From Stegostoma tigrinum (Eukaryota): a DNA stretch of 64,000 nucleotides. The position numbers were made by a program, and so were the translations under genes. This document shows, piece after piece, positions 38,363 to 51,144 of the stretch. Each line of letters begins with the position of its first letter. Within the stretch, counting starts at the first letter, position 1. The stretch is from positions 25,538,647 through 25,602,646 of the forward strand of contig NC_081387.1 of NCBI RefSeq assembly GCF_030684315.1, in the 5' to 3' direction. The notes under the pieces are model-generated. The model did not search any database, was not told the origin of the DNA, and was given only the letters and a program-made list of their open reading frames with translations.

Positions 38363-41300
38363 CTAATGAAATCTGGACTGGCAGATTTTCAGTGGCTCTG
38401 AGCTCTCCCCATGCCCACTCAAGCAGGGACTGAAGAAGGGATAAAGTTTCTCGGTGAAGAGGTCAGTGAAAGTGTGGAGGTGGGACATGTCATCTGCATT
38501 GTAGAAGGAAACCTGGCCACCCTCATAGTCCAGATAGACCCCAATTTTGCGGGGTCTGGTGTGGAGCTTGAGGGGGGTGCGAGGCACTGAGCCTGCCTTG
38601 TAATCATGGCCGTTCCTCAGCCAGACGATCCAATAGCCAGCTTGTGGAACGGCTGTGATGTCCCCTTTCCTGTTGATGGATTCCTTCACCACTCCCACGT
38701 CCCACTCGGAGCTCTCTCCCACCACCACCTCCCAGTAGTGTCTCCCTGACATGAATCCTTGGGAGCCCAGCACGCAGAGTGAAGGGTTGAACCTCTCCGG
38801 GGTGTCAGGGAGCTCTTGCTGTTTGTTTGCGTATCTGACAGTGGTCAGGTCTTCTGATATGAGGAGCCATGAGTGAGCTGTCTCAGGGTTCAGTGTCACT
38901 GATGCCGGAACTGGTAGAGAGAGCAAGAGAGAAAGAGAGTGAAAGATAACATGAGAAACCAAGCAGATTGCAATACTTCAGCTTCGATTTATCCAAAATC
39001 TAAAAGATTTTATTCGACAGGCATTACGTTATACGTTATACTTTACTAAGAAATTACACACTGCACAAGCTTGAAATTTGAAATTTAACAACACAATTGT
39101 CATTAGTGCTCAGCGGCCTGTGGAGAGGAAGAAACAGAGTTAATGTTTTCGGTCTGATCACTGATCATTTTTCAGAACAGGAAACCGTTCGAGGTGAAAC
39201 TAATTGAACACAGATTTTAAAAAATGCAGAGGCAGAGAAGTGGGGTTGGGTAAATACAACAGGAAAAGTGTTGGCAAGGGTGGAAGGCAGGAGAGATTAA
39301 AAGAGGAAAGTGATGATAGTGAAAGACAAAAGGAGATAGTAATGGGATGAGAACAGAAAGGGAAGATCTGGAGGAAGGCAACAGGACCATTACTCGCACC
39401 AGCTGTTGGCTATAACTAGCTGGTGTGTCTCAGATAGAACTTTGAGCCATTCAGCTGTACAGCATGGAAACAGGCCCTTTGGTCCAATTCTTCCATGCTG
39501 ACCTGCTTTCCAAAATCAATCTAATCCCATTTGCCGGCATTTGGCCCGAATCCATCTAAACTTTTTCTATCCATGTACCTATCCAGATATCATTTAAATA
39601 TTGTAATTGTACCAGCCTCTGTGCTTCCTCTAGTAGCTCATTCCATACACACACTAACCTCTGCATGAAAAAGCTTCTCCTTAGGTACTTTTTATACCTT
39701 TCCCCTCTGATATTAAACCTTTTGCTTCTAGTTTTGATCTTCCCTACCCTGGGAAAATGGGAACCCTTGGCTAATCACTCTATCCATGTTCTCATGATAT
39801 TGCAGACCTCTGTAAGACTTGTTTGTGAAAGGCCTGCCAAATTATACAACAAAAATTTGACTGTAAGAGCTGGTATGACCTGTCAAAATTGGGCAATTCC
39901 CTTTCCACTTTTACTTACCAAAATATGTAAATTTATTATTTTTCTGCTGCAAATATTCTCCCAGGCGATTTTGTTTTTGTAGCATATAATGGTGGTTTTA
40001 TTCCCGTCAAAGCCATCACACACCCATTCAAAACTCCACATGTGAGAGTCAAGACAAGTTATAAAATGGATTAGAATATATTAGCGATAGGGTAGAGTTG
40101 AAGTGTAACCCAATGGAGACGCGTGAGGTTGAAAATTTATTATCAGAGATGTTGAAGGAGTACGTACTCAAATTATGAATTACAGAGGACACTGGACATG
40201 AATTAGGCAGGCAAAAACACCTTAAGGAGCGAGCTTCCACACCAATGCCCCACCCACTGCTTCCCATGACCACCTTCTGCCCTAGGTCTGCAGAAGTCAT
40301 ATTGGACTTTAAGACATCTACAAACTCACACTAAGAGCGGAAGAGAATCATCGACATCTGTGAGGGATTACTAATGATGACAATGTTCAAATCCAACAGG
40401 ATCTGGACAACATCAAGGCTTAGGTTGACAAGCGGCAAGTAAATTTTGAGCCATGCAAATGCCAGGCAATAACCACGCCTAATAAGTGACAATCTGACCA
40501 CTGCCCCTTGGCATTCAGTGGTGTTACCATCTCTGAATCCTCGACTATCGACAGCATTATCAATGAGCAGAAACTCAACTGGGCTCACCACATAAACATC
40601 ATCGCTACATGAGCAGAGAGTGAACCTGCACTATCGGAGAGTGAACCTACATCAGCAGAGGGTGAACCTACATCAGCAGAGGGCGACCCCACACTGCGAA
40701 TCAGGAAATCTACACCATCAGCCAGGGAACATATACAGAAAAGCAAACAGACAAAGAGAAACAGAGTTAATACTTCAAGTCCAATGGTTCTTCATCAGAA
40801 CTCAGATTTCCAGTATCCACTGTTTGGTTTTATTTCAGTGTCACCCTTCGCAGAAATGTTTTTAAGTGAAGGGTTCTTCCTTACAAGCACAAGGCTAAAT
40901 GATGCTTAAACAAATAAAGGGACCACAAATAGCATGGGTTCAATCAGATAAGCGTTTGCTGAATCTCAAACAGACCCCCTGCCCTAGGCTATTCCCAGAC
41001 ATGTGTAAAATCCCAACTTTTGGGATGAGCTGGCCAAGGTAAGACCTTAAGAAGGAGCACACAAGACAGTCCATATCCGGAATTACATTTTCAAAAGGGC
41101 TCTGTTTCAAAATGACACAGTAATGCTTTCTCCCCATTCTGTCTTCCAAATAGGAAACATAAAAAATTGTTGACATGTCAACGTTCGCCTGGTAGCCACA
41201 CTTAGTTACAGTACATGTACAGCTGGTTCAGTCAGTGTGTAACAATGTTTTACATTTGTTCTCCAACACTGTATATTGGTCAAGAGCCTTGCAGTTCCTG

Positions 41301-44300
41301 CTCATTGAGCGGGGTCATAACTTAGCCTTGAGGACAGGAACATGGTAAATTTTGGTGGACGCTCATTTATTCTGACAGCTCGTGACATACATTTAAGCAG
41401 AAAAAATGTTGTCAACATGTAGGACAAGGTTCCTCAGTTTGTCAGACAACCTCCCAAATGAATGAAAGTTGGAATGGTTCAAGGGGGAAGGACCTCTCAC
41501 CTGGGCTGATGCTCTCTGCCATTTCCTTCCAGGCAGTATACTGCAAAGGTCCTCGGAATATTCCCATTGGCAAGCGGTCAGCAGCCAGGAGAAGCTGGCC
41601 TGAATCCTCGCTGATGACAGAGAACAGCAACATTACACGATGGAAGTGACGGCGAGCGGATGTGTCAGGTTGCAGTAAGTTCACAGGAGCACATACCTCA
41701 TCTGTTGTTCAGCTTGATCCTAAAATACAACAAACAGGAGGGACCTGAGTTCCAGTGGATGATGGTGCCAGGTGAAGCAGAAGGGGGAAAGATTCATACA
41801 CCAAAACCAAGCACTGAATCACATCACCAGAACTATGAGGAGGCAGAAATGGAAGATGGCCACTCAGCCGTCTCTCTCCAACCTGTTCTGCATTGAACTA
41901 TGATGGTTGTTCTCTGATCTTACCTCCAGCCATCCTGCCCCTCCCAACCCTGACTTGGTTCCACAGCTTTTCCTCAAACAAGAATCAGTCTTGGATGTGA
42001 TTCAATTGTTTTTTTTCTCATGTGTGTGGAGAGATTTCCATTCTCATTTGAGTGAAGAAATGCTTCCTGAACTCATTGTTGAATGATTGAGCTCCACATG
42101 TAAGGGTTTGCATCTTGTGTCACACTATAGATACCGTCAGGATTTGTCATTGAGTTATACAGCACAGAATAGGCCATTTGGCCTATCAAATCTGTGCAGC
42201 TGATTTACATTAATCCCACTGAGTGTGTGCAGTATCTCTAAAGCTTAAATAGATGCATCGAGTCCTGCCTTTTAAATATTGTTACTGGGTCCTGCTTCAC
42301 ACAGAGAGAGACTGTGTAAAAACTAAATGCTCAGGTAAACACATCAAGGATCTCGCAACATCTCCAGCCAGAAATCTGGGTTTCACTAACTCTTCACAGA
42401 TCAGGCAAGAAAAGATTGAGGGCCTTGTGACTGCCTTCTCTATATGTTCAAAGAATGAAAGCTGATTTCATTGAAGCTAACAGAACTCTCATGGGCGAAA
42501 CAGGGTGGATCTGGAAAAACAGGCTCCCCTCACAAAGGGATTGAGAACTGGGGGACCACAGACTCAGGATAAAGATTTAGGGCTAAGATAAGGAGGGATT
42601 TCTTCTGAATCTTTAGAATTCATTACCCTGAGGCCCGTGGACGTTCTGCCAGTATGTTTCATCAAGACAGGGATCATTAGGTATTCAAGACCTGAAGGGA
42701 TAAAGGACTACTGCAGGAAAATAGCTTTGAAATGGAAGATCAGCCACAATCTAACTGAATAACAGAGAACATAGAACATAACAGAACAGTACAGGCCCTT
42801 CGGCCCTCGATGTTGTGCCGACCTGTCATACCAAACTGAAGCCCATCTAACTTATACTATTCCATGTACGTCCATATGCTTATCGAATGATGACTTAAAT
42901 GTACTTAAAGTTAGTGAATCTACTACCGTTGCAGGCAAAGCGTTCCATACCCTTACTACTCTCTGAGTAAAGAAACGACCTCTGACATCTGTCCTATATC
43001 TTTCACCCCTCAGTTTAAAGCTATGCCCCCTCGTGCTCGCCGTCACCATCCTAGGAAAATGGCTCTCCCTGTCCACCCTATCTAACCTTCTTATTATTTT
43101 ATATGTCTCAATTAAGTCACCTCTCAACCTTCTTCTCTCAAACGAAAACGCCCTCAAGTCCCTCAGCATTTCCCCATAAGACCTTCCCTCCATACCAGGC
43201 AACATCCTAGTAAATCCCCTCTGCACCCTTTCCAAAGCTTCCACATCCTTCTTATAATGTGGTGACCAGAAGGTTCAAGGGGCTTAATGACCTCCTCATA
43301 TTCCTGCCTCCCACCATCTGTAGCCTTGCCCTTGCCAAGCATTTCTGGAATTCTGTCCTGCAAGGGCTTCTTACAGCCATATGACTGAGTTTCTGTAAGA
43401 GTACATGCTGTCTTTTGGATATGATGTTAAATTCAGGCCCATCTGCCCATGTACTTAGGCCAAAAACATCCTGACATGATGGAGGAGACCAGCAGTTATC
43501 TCTCAGTGGGAGGTTTAAGAGTTTTCCATCGACCACAATGATGCCAAAAGGATAATATGGTCAATGCCTTATCTTCATGGGATCTTGCTTTGTAAAATCA
43601 GTTGCTGCATTCACTACACAATGATAGTGACTACTCTTCAGAATAATACTTCAATGGCTGACATATCTTGTGGTCAGTGCTACATTCCAGACAAAACCCA
43701 TCCGTTCAAGCATTAATCACCTGCCCCAACTTTCTCCATTGGTTGTGAGTCAATGATTTATGGTAAAGCTGATGCTGGGCATGACACAAAGCTAAATTGC
43801 TGTTGCAGTCTTTTGGATAAGAACCCGTGTAGGATGGGTCTGTAACAGAGCTTGTGGGTTCCCTTGCTCCCAGGTGTGTGAGAATTTCAGTGGAGAGAAG
43901 GAATGGTGGAAGTGGGGAGAAGGAGAAAGGTTTTCTTTCCCGTGTTGCTCTCTTGCTGTTTGAAGAGGGTTTGGGGGGGTGGGGGCAGGGTGGAGGCATG
44001 GATTTACTGCTCTGGGTGACGGCGACAATTACCTTTAGGAAGGCGATGGTGTCTTCCTTGTCCAGCTGGGTCTGCGATCTCGACAGCTTTTCCTGGATGT
44101 TATTCAGGTTCTGCTGGATGTCCAGCAGGTTTCTCTCCAGCTTGTCCGAGATAATCTCCACGTTCTCCTTCAGCTCCAAAACCAACCGCTTCTCCGTTCG
44201 CATGAGGATCTGGTGCATCTTCGCAAACTCGGACGTAATGAATTCCTGCAGCTGGCTCGTCTGATCCTATAGGAATGACAACTTTATCATCAGAGCCCAG

Positions 44301-46257
44301 ATAAAAGGAGGAGAGGGCGGCAGACAAGAAACAGGGGGGTACAGGAGGGGAAATGCATGAGAGGAGGGCAGATTGAAAACTTACCCCAACCTCTAAAACG
44401 TGCTTCTGCGCTAGTTTAGCTTCCAGGAGCGTGGACTTGGCCCAGAGAATGTCGGACAGGGATTTTAGCTTTTCCTGAAATTCAGATGCGGAGGGTGAAT
44501 GAGTTTGTTCACAAATTGAAATGTGGGGGAAATGCCACTTTAGGAGGTGGCTGGATCTGCCGTCACACCCATCGAACCCCACCCTCACATAAGCCACCAG
44601 GAGAGGGTCATTGTTACAGATGCACCAAATTGTCACAGTCAAATTGTTAAAGTAGGACAGTCAGCCCTTCTTGTTGGTACTAGCTCTCTGAATGAGCAAT
44701 GTGCTCAGTACCTACTCCCTGCCACATTCTTCCTTTTCAGATGACAGTCTAATTCCCTTCTGAATGCCTCAACTGAACCTGCGTCAACCATTCTCCCAGG
44801 TAGTGCATTCCTGATCCATTCGTTCTGTAAGAAATTTATTCCCATTTCCTGTTGTTTTGGCTTCCTTGACTAATTATGTTAAAATTCAGTCCCCTCATTT
44901 TTAATTTTTTTGCAAGTTTGAACATTTTCTCTCTTTCTCCCCCTGTCTCTGTAACTGACACTCCTTAACTTTGGAATTGTTCTCTTGAATTGAGAATCAT
45001 ATGGTGGATATGTCCACGAATGCTCGTCGACAGTTGATTGGTGTGAAGTTAACTTTGCTCCCTCACCCGTTGGGAAAATGGGGCGCACGCCAAAATTACA
45101 CCAGAGCAGACTCAATGGGCCAAATGGCCCACCTTCTCCTCCTACATAGTCTTATGGTTTTACAGCCACGTCCTGTTAAATAGAATGGACATGTGTTCCC
45201 GCAATACTAGGCAGGGTAGATATAGGAAGGATGTTCCCAATGACCAGGGAGTCAGAACCATGAGCCACAGTACAAGGATATGGGGTGAACCATTTAGGAC
45301 TGAAGTGAGGAGAAATGTCTTCACCCAGAGAGTGGTGAGCCTGCGCAATTTGAAACCACCGGAAGCAGTCAAGGCCAAGATACTGTATGATTTCAAGATA
45401 GAGTAGGATATAGCACTTGGGCCTAAAGAAATCCAAGGCTGTGGGGGGAAAGCAGGGACAGGCTATTGAGCTGGATAATCAGCCATGGTCAGAACGAATA
45501 GCAGAATAGGCTCACAGAGCCGAATGACCTGCTCCTACTTCAATGTTCCCATATTTTCTGGAAGAGTCACTTTGGATTCCTTGCCTCACAGATGTTACTA
45601 GAGTTGAGCTGTGTTTTTATTTTGGTTCATGGTCCCAACACTTACTGCTTTTCTTTCAGATGTTCCAGCATTTTTGATTCTACAGGAAAACGTTTTGATT
45701 TTTTTTCTTTTATTATTTTCTACCTTGTACATCTCCACTGCTTCACTGATGAGCATGAAGTTGTGGGAGCGGTGATTCTGACCCTCTCTGCTGTCCAGGC
45801 ACATCACACAGATCAGCTCCTTATCTGTCTCACAGAACAGTTTCAGCTCCTCTCGGTGTTGCCCGCAGTAGAAGGGGAGCTGCCTCTGCTCTGTCCCGGG
45901 GCACGGATCTGCAGCCCCGGGCTCCTGGGGACGTGGCCTGGGGCTGGCTTCAGCTTCCTGTTCGCTCCGCTGCCGGCTTGCTAGATGGGCTCCGGTTCTA
46001 CCCTCCTGCTGCTGGAAGAGGCTGCGAGCCCGCTCCGCCAAGTTCCCCAGCGCCCGGTTCGGGCGCAGCCTCCTCTCCTGGAAAACCTCCCTGCACTCGG
46101 GGCAGGAGCTGGCCTCGCTGTCCTCCCAGTAGCGCTGGATGCATCCCTGGCAGAAGTTGTGGCCGCAATCCAAGATTACCGGTTCGGCGAACAGATCCAG
46201 GCAGATCGGGCAGTTCAGGTACTCGGCCAGACCCTCCTCCTGCTGCCTGGAAGCCAT
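38363..46257 (-). CDS. TRIM E3 ligase with RING, B-box2, coiled-coil and PRY-SPRY, paralog of TRIM-A, 512 aa, 'TRIM-B'
   Basis: Exons (minus) 46257-45724, 44474-44385, 44266-44033, 41719-41697, 41610-41501 and 38910-38363 are GT-AG with the same phases as TRIM-A. They sum to 1539 nt in an open frame. The protein starts [23 protein letters not shown] and its B30.2 ends [10 protein letters not shown]. Confidence 0.93.
40612..40735 (+). repeat. 21-bp tandem repeat (gtgaacctacatcagcagagg), about 4-6 degenerate copies
   Basis: Direct inspection; lies in the last intron of TRIM-B. Confidence 0.75.
42765..43270 (-). mobile_element. Young CR1 LINE 3' end
   Basis: ORF 42852-43244 [29 protein letters not shown] is intact to its stop, followed by an (agaacat)n tail. 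Confidence 0.9.
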
Positions 46258-47356
46258 CGGCCGCGGCTCCGACGCAAATTCCGCCGTTAGTTTCCCTCTG
46301 CGCCTGAAATCATGTTTGTTCCTGACGCCGGCCGTGCGGATGAATCCGAGAATGACCCTGAAGCACAGCAACAAACTGTTAGTGCTTGGGATGTGCGATT
46401 CTATTGGCTGCCTATGTGGTGCTGATTTTATTTTGCTTTTGTTTTTTTAAAAAAAGCAAGTTCTGGATTATTATTCTAATCCGATATTTTCACAATTGAG
46501 TTTTGTTTTGTCGTTGTTATAGAGTTGTACAGCACGGAAACGACTTGTTCATGCCGACCAGATATCCTCAATTAATCTCAAAACATTTGGCAGCATTTGG
46601 CCCATATCCCACTAAACCCTTCCTATTCGTATATATTCATTCATCCAGAAGCCTTTTAAATGCTGTAACTGTACCAGCCCCCACCACTTCCTCTGGCAGC
46701 TCATTCCATACACACACCACCTCTGCGTGAAAAAGTTGCCCCTTTTAAATCTTTCCTCTCTCGCCTTAAACCTAGCTCTCTAGTTTTGGGCTCCCCTACC
46801 CTAGGAAAAGACATTGACTGCTCACACTATCCATGCCCCTTATGATTTTATAAACGTCTATAAGGTCACCCCTCAGCCTTTGGTACTCCAGGGAAAACAT
46901 CCCCAGACTGTTCAGCCTCTCCCTCTAGCTGAAACCCTCTGTACTTGTGAACACCTTTGCAAATCTTTTCCGAATCCTTTTGAGTTTAACAACATCTTTT
47001 CTACAGCAGGGAGACCAGAATTGCATGCAATATTTTACTCATTCCTGGGATGAGGCCTTCATTTAAATATAGCTTATCCCTATTTGCTGTTGAGCGGAGC
47101 GGCTCGTTTTCAGTGGGCATGCAACAGCCAGTGCCATTGTTGTTGGTCTGGGGGGTCCAGGTTGGGTCAGGCTAACAGATTACCTTCCCTCGGTAATGTT
47201 TGTAGACCCAATAGTTTCTTTTTAAACAACATTCAATGATAGTTTTCTTACTGAGTTAAGATTTGTAATTCTAGAGTTTATGAATTTAGTTTCAATTTCA
47301 CTAGCTGCCCTGGTGGGATTGGAATCCACCTTCCTCAGAAATCATTTTAGAAAAAG

Positions 47357-48955
47357 CCAGGAAGGTCTGAAGCAAGGCACACAGATCAGCCAGCATCTGG
47401 CCAGAGAGAAGAAGAGTGAGTGTTTCAAGGCATGTAGGACTGTTCTTCAGAATTGAAGGGCCAGCAAAATCCATAGGTTTTATGCTGTTGATACGGAGGG
47501 TGGAGGAACAAGTGGAACTGATGGTGTGGATGCTCCAGAGAACAAAGGAGCAAAGGAAAGTTGATAATAGTAGAGAAATGTTATGGTTAAAATGTGGGTG
47601 TTAATGGCAGAGAGTAGCTGCAAGGAGGTGGAGGGGGGTGGAACGGAAAGGACCTCTGGAGCTCTGGGTTATGTGTGCACTGATTTTGTTGATATAGTAA
47701 TTTCTGCACACAGAGGGGCCTCAGAACTATCTCGCTTTTTCCTCAACCGAGGATTATCCATCACAATGATTGACAAGACCATTGTCCGACCCATCTCCCA
47801 CACTTCTGCCCACACCCTTTGTCTTCCCTCCCACAACAGTAGAGTCCTCCAGTCCTCATTTTCTCCCTCACCCGCACATTCAAAGGATTATAAGATGCCA
47901 TTCCTGCCGCCTCCAGTGGGATGTCACCACCGGCCACATTTTTCCCTTACCGCCCTTGTCAGTCTTCTGCAGGATCCGTTCTCTCTGGCACTCCCTGGTT
48001 CACTCCTCCCTCTCTCCCCATACCTCTATGGCACCTTCCCATGCAATTGCAGAAGATGTAACACTTGGCTGTTAACCTTCTCCCTCCTCACTCTCCGAGG
48101 TTCCAAGCAGCAATTCACCTGGAATTTCTCTGCACTTTTTCTGTAAATGTAACACTACATTCTGCATTCTGTTCTGTTACCCTGAGGTACTTATGTAAGG
48201 TACAATTGCCTGGTTAGCACGCAAAACAACACTTTTCACTGTATCTCAGCACGTGACAATAACAAATCAAATCAAATCACAATGTGGTCTCCTGTACATT
48301 GGGAAGATGAAATGCAGACTGGGCAACTGCTTCACAGAATGCTTACATTCTATCCGTAGAAATGACACCAAGCTTCCAGTTACCTGCCACTTCAACACTA
48401 CCCTCATCCCCATCCCCTCCGTGTTCCCTGGCCAATACCTCTGTCTCGGGCCTGTTGCAGTGCTCCAGTGAGGATCAGCACAAGCTGGAGGAGCAGCCTC
48501 CCATTTTCAATTTGGGACCCTGCCACCTTCAGAACTCAAATTGAGTTCATCAACTTTAGAATCTGAACATCATCTTTCATGTCCTATACCTATCACATCC
48601 CAGGTCCTGTCATCCCATGGACTGCTTTCAGCACAGCCATTTTCACCCACTCATATGTCCCCATTATCAGCTTTACTTTATCCTGAACTGACTATTATCC
48701 ATTTCGTTTGTCACTCTAACTATAATTTTCTCTCTGTTCAGGCTCCCTCTCCTTTTCCTCTCACTCCATCCCCCCTACCCCCTGTGATCAGCATAAATAG
48801 CACCTTTTCTTGGTTACTGTCAGTTCTGAAGAAGTGTCACTGGGCCTGAAACAATAACTCTATTCTCTCTCTGCAGATATTGCTAGACATGCTGAGTTTC
48901 TTCAGCAATTTCTGTTTTTGTTTCAGATCTCCATATCCGCAATTCTTTGTTTCAT
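47357..48955 (+). mobile_element. Penelope-like element remnant with an inverted pLTR and a nested LINE tail
   Basis: GIY-YIG GLLYIGKMKCRLGNCF-E-L and HKLEEQ..F-LG motifs. The pLTR at ~48820-48955 has a degenerate hammerhead, with an inverted copy at ~47357-47455. Confidence 0.8.
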
Positions 48956-49940
48956 TAAAGGAGAGACCATTTCTCCTTTGGCTGATTTAATTGTCTTAGC
49001 ATCTCAGATTAATACCTGTATATTCTATTATCATTTATAAGGATACTGAGGGCACTAAGATGATTGGAATATGGATGAGGTAGGGATTGAGAGGAATTTG
49101 TAAAGAGACACTGTATCACTCTGAAATGGAATGCACTGTCCAATAGATGTATAGATTCAGTCGGAACTTTCAAAAGGCAATTTGTGGTCGACACAATGAG
49201 GGAAGTCTAACAGGGCTATGGAAAAGAGCAAGGAAGGTGGGAATACTGCATATCAGAGTGCCATCCAGGGGCATGATAAGTCAAATGGCCTCCTCCTTGC
49301 TGTATGATTTCAGTGATAAGTCCACAAATGGATTTGTGTTAATGCTGGCACTCACCCATACAAGGAGCAGCCCATAAAATAGGATAAGGTTTTGATGGAG
49401 ACTTGGACAGACGTTGTCTGATAGCCCACCTCTGAGGGTCTGTCTGATGTCTGGAAGGAACTGATCTGAGGGCTACAAATTGTAATATCAAATACAAAGT
49501 GGCTGGACCTAAATGATAATATGGGAGATGTGTAAATCTGGCAAAGTCCATTGGTGACGTTTATATTAGTTTGGATTGATAGAATGGTTACAGCACCGAA
49601 GGAGGCCATTTGACCCATTGTATTGGAGTGGGCATTCTGCAGGAAGAACTCACCTTGCCCCACTGCCGATTGGAGGCGTTCCTCGTTACCCTGCAAATTT
49701 TTCTCTTCTGATAATGATTCAATTCTCTTTTGAAAGGCTTCAGTCAATCTTCTACCACACACTCTTAACTCAAAATTTTCAGATCCTAACCAGGTTATCC
49801 ACTAAATTCTTTTGTTTCCTTGCATTGCCCTCGATTCCTTTGCCAATCTTCTCAAATCAATGTTCTTTGGTTCTTGATCCCTCGAATAATGGGAACAGTC
49901 TCCCCTTATTTACTCTGTTCAGACCCCTCTCGGTTTTTAA

Positions 49941-50250
49941 CACAACCTGGAGCTGGATGAACACAGCAGGCAGTAGAGAGCTGATGAAGGGTCTGGGCCC
50001 GAAACGTCAGCTTTTGTGCTCCTGAGATGCTGCTTGGCCTGCTGTGTTCATCCAGCTCCACACTTTGTTATCTTGGATTCTCCAGCATCTGCAGTTCCCA
50101 TTATCACAGGAAAGATGACGTTCCGGGTGAAGAAGGGTCCCGACCCGAAACATCAGCTTTCCTGCTCCTCTTATGCTGCCGGGCCTGTTCCTCCAGCTCC
50201 ACACTGTGTTATCTCAAGACTCCAGCATCGGCAATGCTTGCTATCCCTTT
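49941..50250. mobile_element. Short PLE pseudo-LTR composite with an intact hammerhead core at 49981-50010 (+)
   Basis: The sequence ctgatgaagggtctgggcccgaaacgtcag, flanked by an imperfect tc(g/a)gtttttaa duplication. Confidence 0.75.
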
Positions 50251-51129
50251 CAGTTTTTAATGCCTCATCAAATCTCACAACCTTCCCTCCTTCATGGAGA
50301 ATGTCACCGTCTCTCCAATCTCCCTGTGTAACACGTTCATTCTTCTGAATCTCTTCTGAATTCTCTCCAATGCCTACACATTCGCCCTCAAGTGTGGTGC
50401 CCAGGACTGGACACAGTACCCCACTTGAGGCTGAGCCAGTGTTTTAGTGAGCTTCATTACAATTTACTTGCTATTGTACATGATGTTCCTTACATCCCAC
50501 ACACTGCCATTCACTCTCTCAACGTCTGCTCCTTCCGTTCCTGCACCTCCTTTCGGGCGGTACTCCTTAGATTACAATGCCCCTCCTTGTTCTTCCACCA
50601 TCTCACATTCATTTTGCATTGAATTTCATCTGTCTTTCGTGTGCCTATTGTTTAACCTACGCCTATACTCTTGAAGTTTATCCCTATTCCCGTTTGCAGT
50701 TCACAGTGTTTGCGTCACTGTAATTATGTCCTGTACAGTCAAGATACAAACATTCACTACTATTCCTTTTCGGCCGCTGTCAATTTCTTTTTCTATCCTT
50801 ATCGCTCTTGCCTGTTGATCCCACGAGCTCTAACTTTGTCCATGAGCCTGCTGTGTGGCACTTCAGCGAACACCTTTTGAAAGTCCACATCGATTGCGTA
50901 ACGCTCTTCACAAAACTGAAACGTGTTCGTTGTTGTGAGTTCTGAGGAAGGGTCGCCGGACCCAAAACGTTAACTCTGTTTTCTCCTTCACAGATGCTGC
51001 CAGACCTGCTGAGCTTTTCCAGCAACTTTTTTTTTCCTGATTTACAGCCTCCGCAGTTCTTTTGGTTTTCTGCTTCGTTATCGTGTTGATCTGGGGTGCT
51101 GCTGGCGAGAATAACTCAGTGGAACCATT

Positions 51130-51144
51130 CTGCCATCTGCTGGT
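51130..51144 (-). promoter_or_regulatory. Candidate CTCF-binding site
   Basis: Minus strand ACCAGCAGATGGCAG fits the CTCF core CCASYAGRKGGCRS. It lies in non-repeat sequence between the TRIM-C 3' end and the TRIM-B promoter. Confidence 0.6.

Noticed and set aside
643-38910. Butyrophilin-like V plus B30.2 fusion gene
   Set aside because: On the minus strand the B30.2 exons lie upstream of the V exon, and each already belongs to a TRIM gene.
45598-46374. 258-aa ORF start upstream of the TRIM-B ATG
   Set aside because: The upstream start is non-ATG; the ATG at 46257 aligns with the TRIM-A start (MASxQ), and the C-terminal part is intron.
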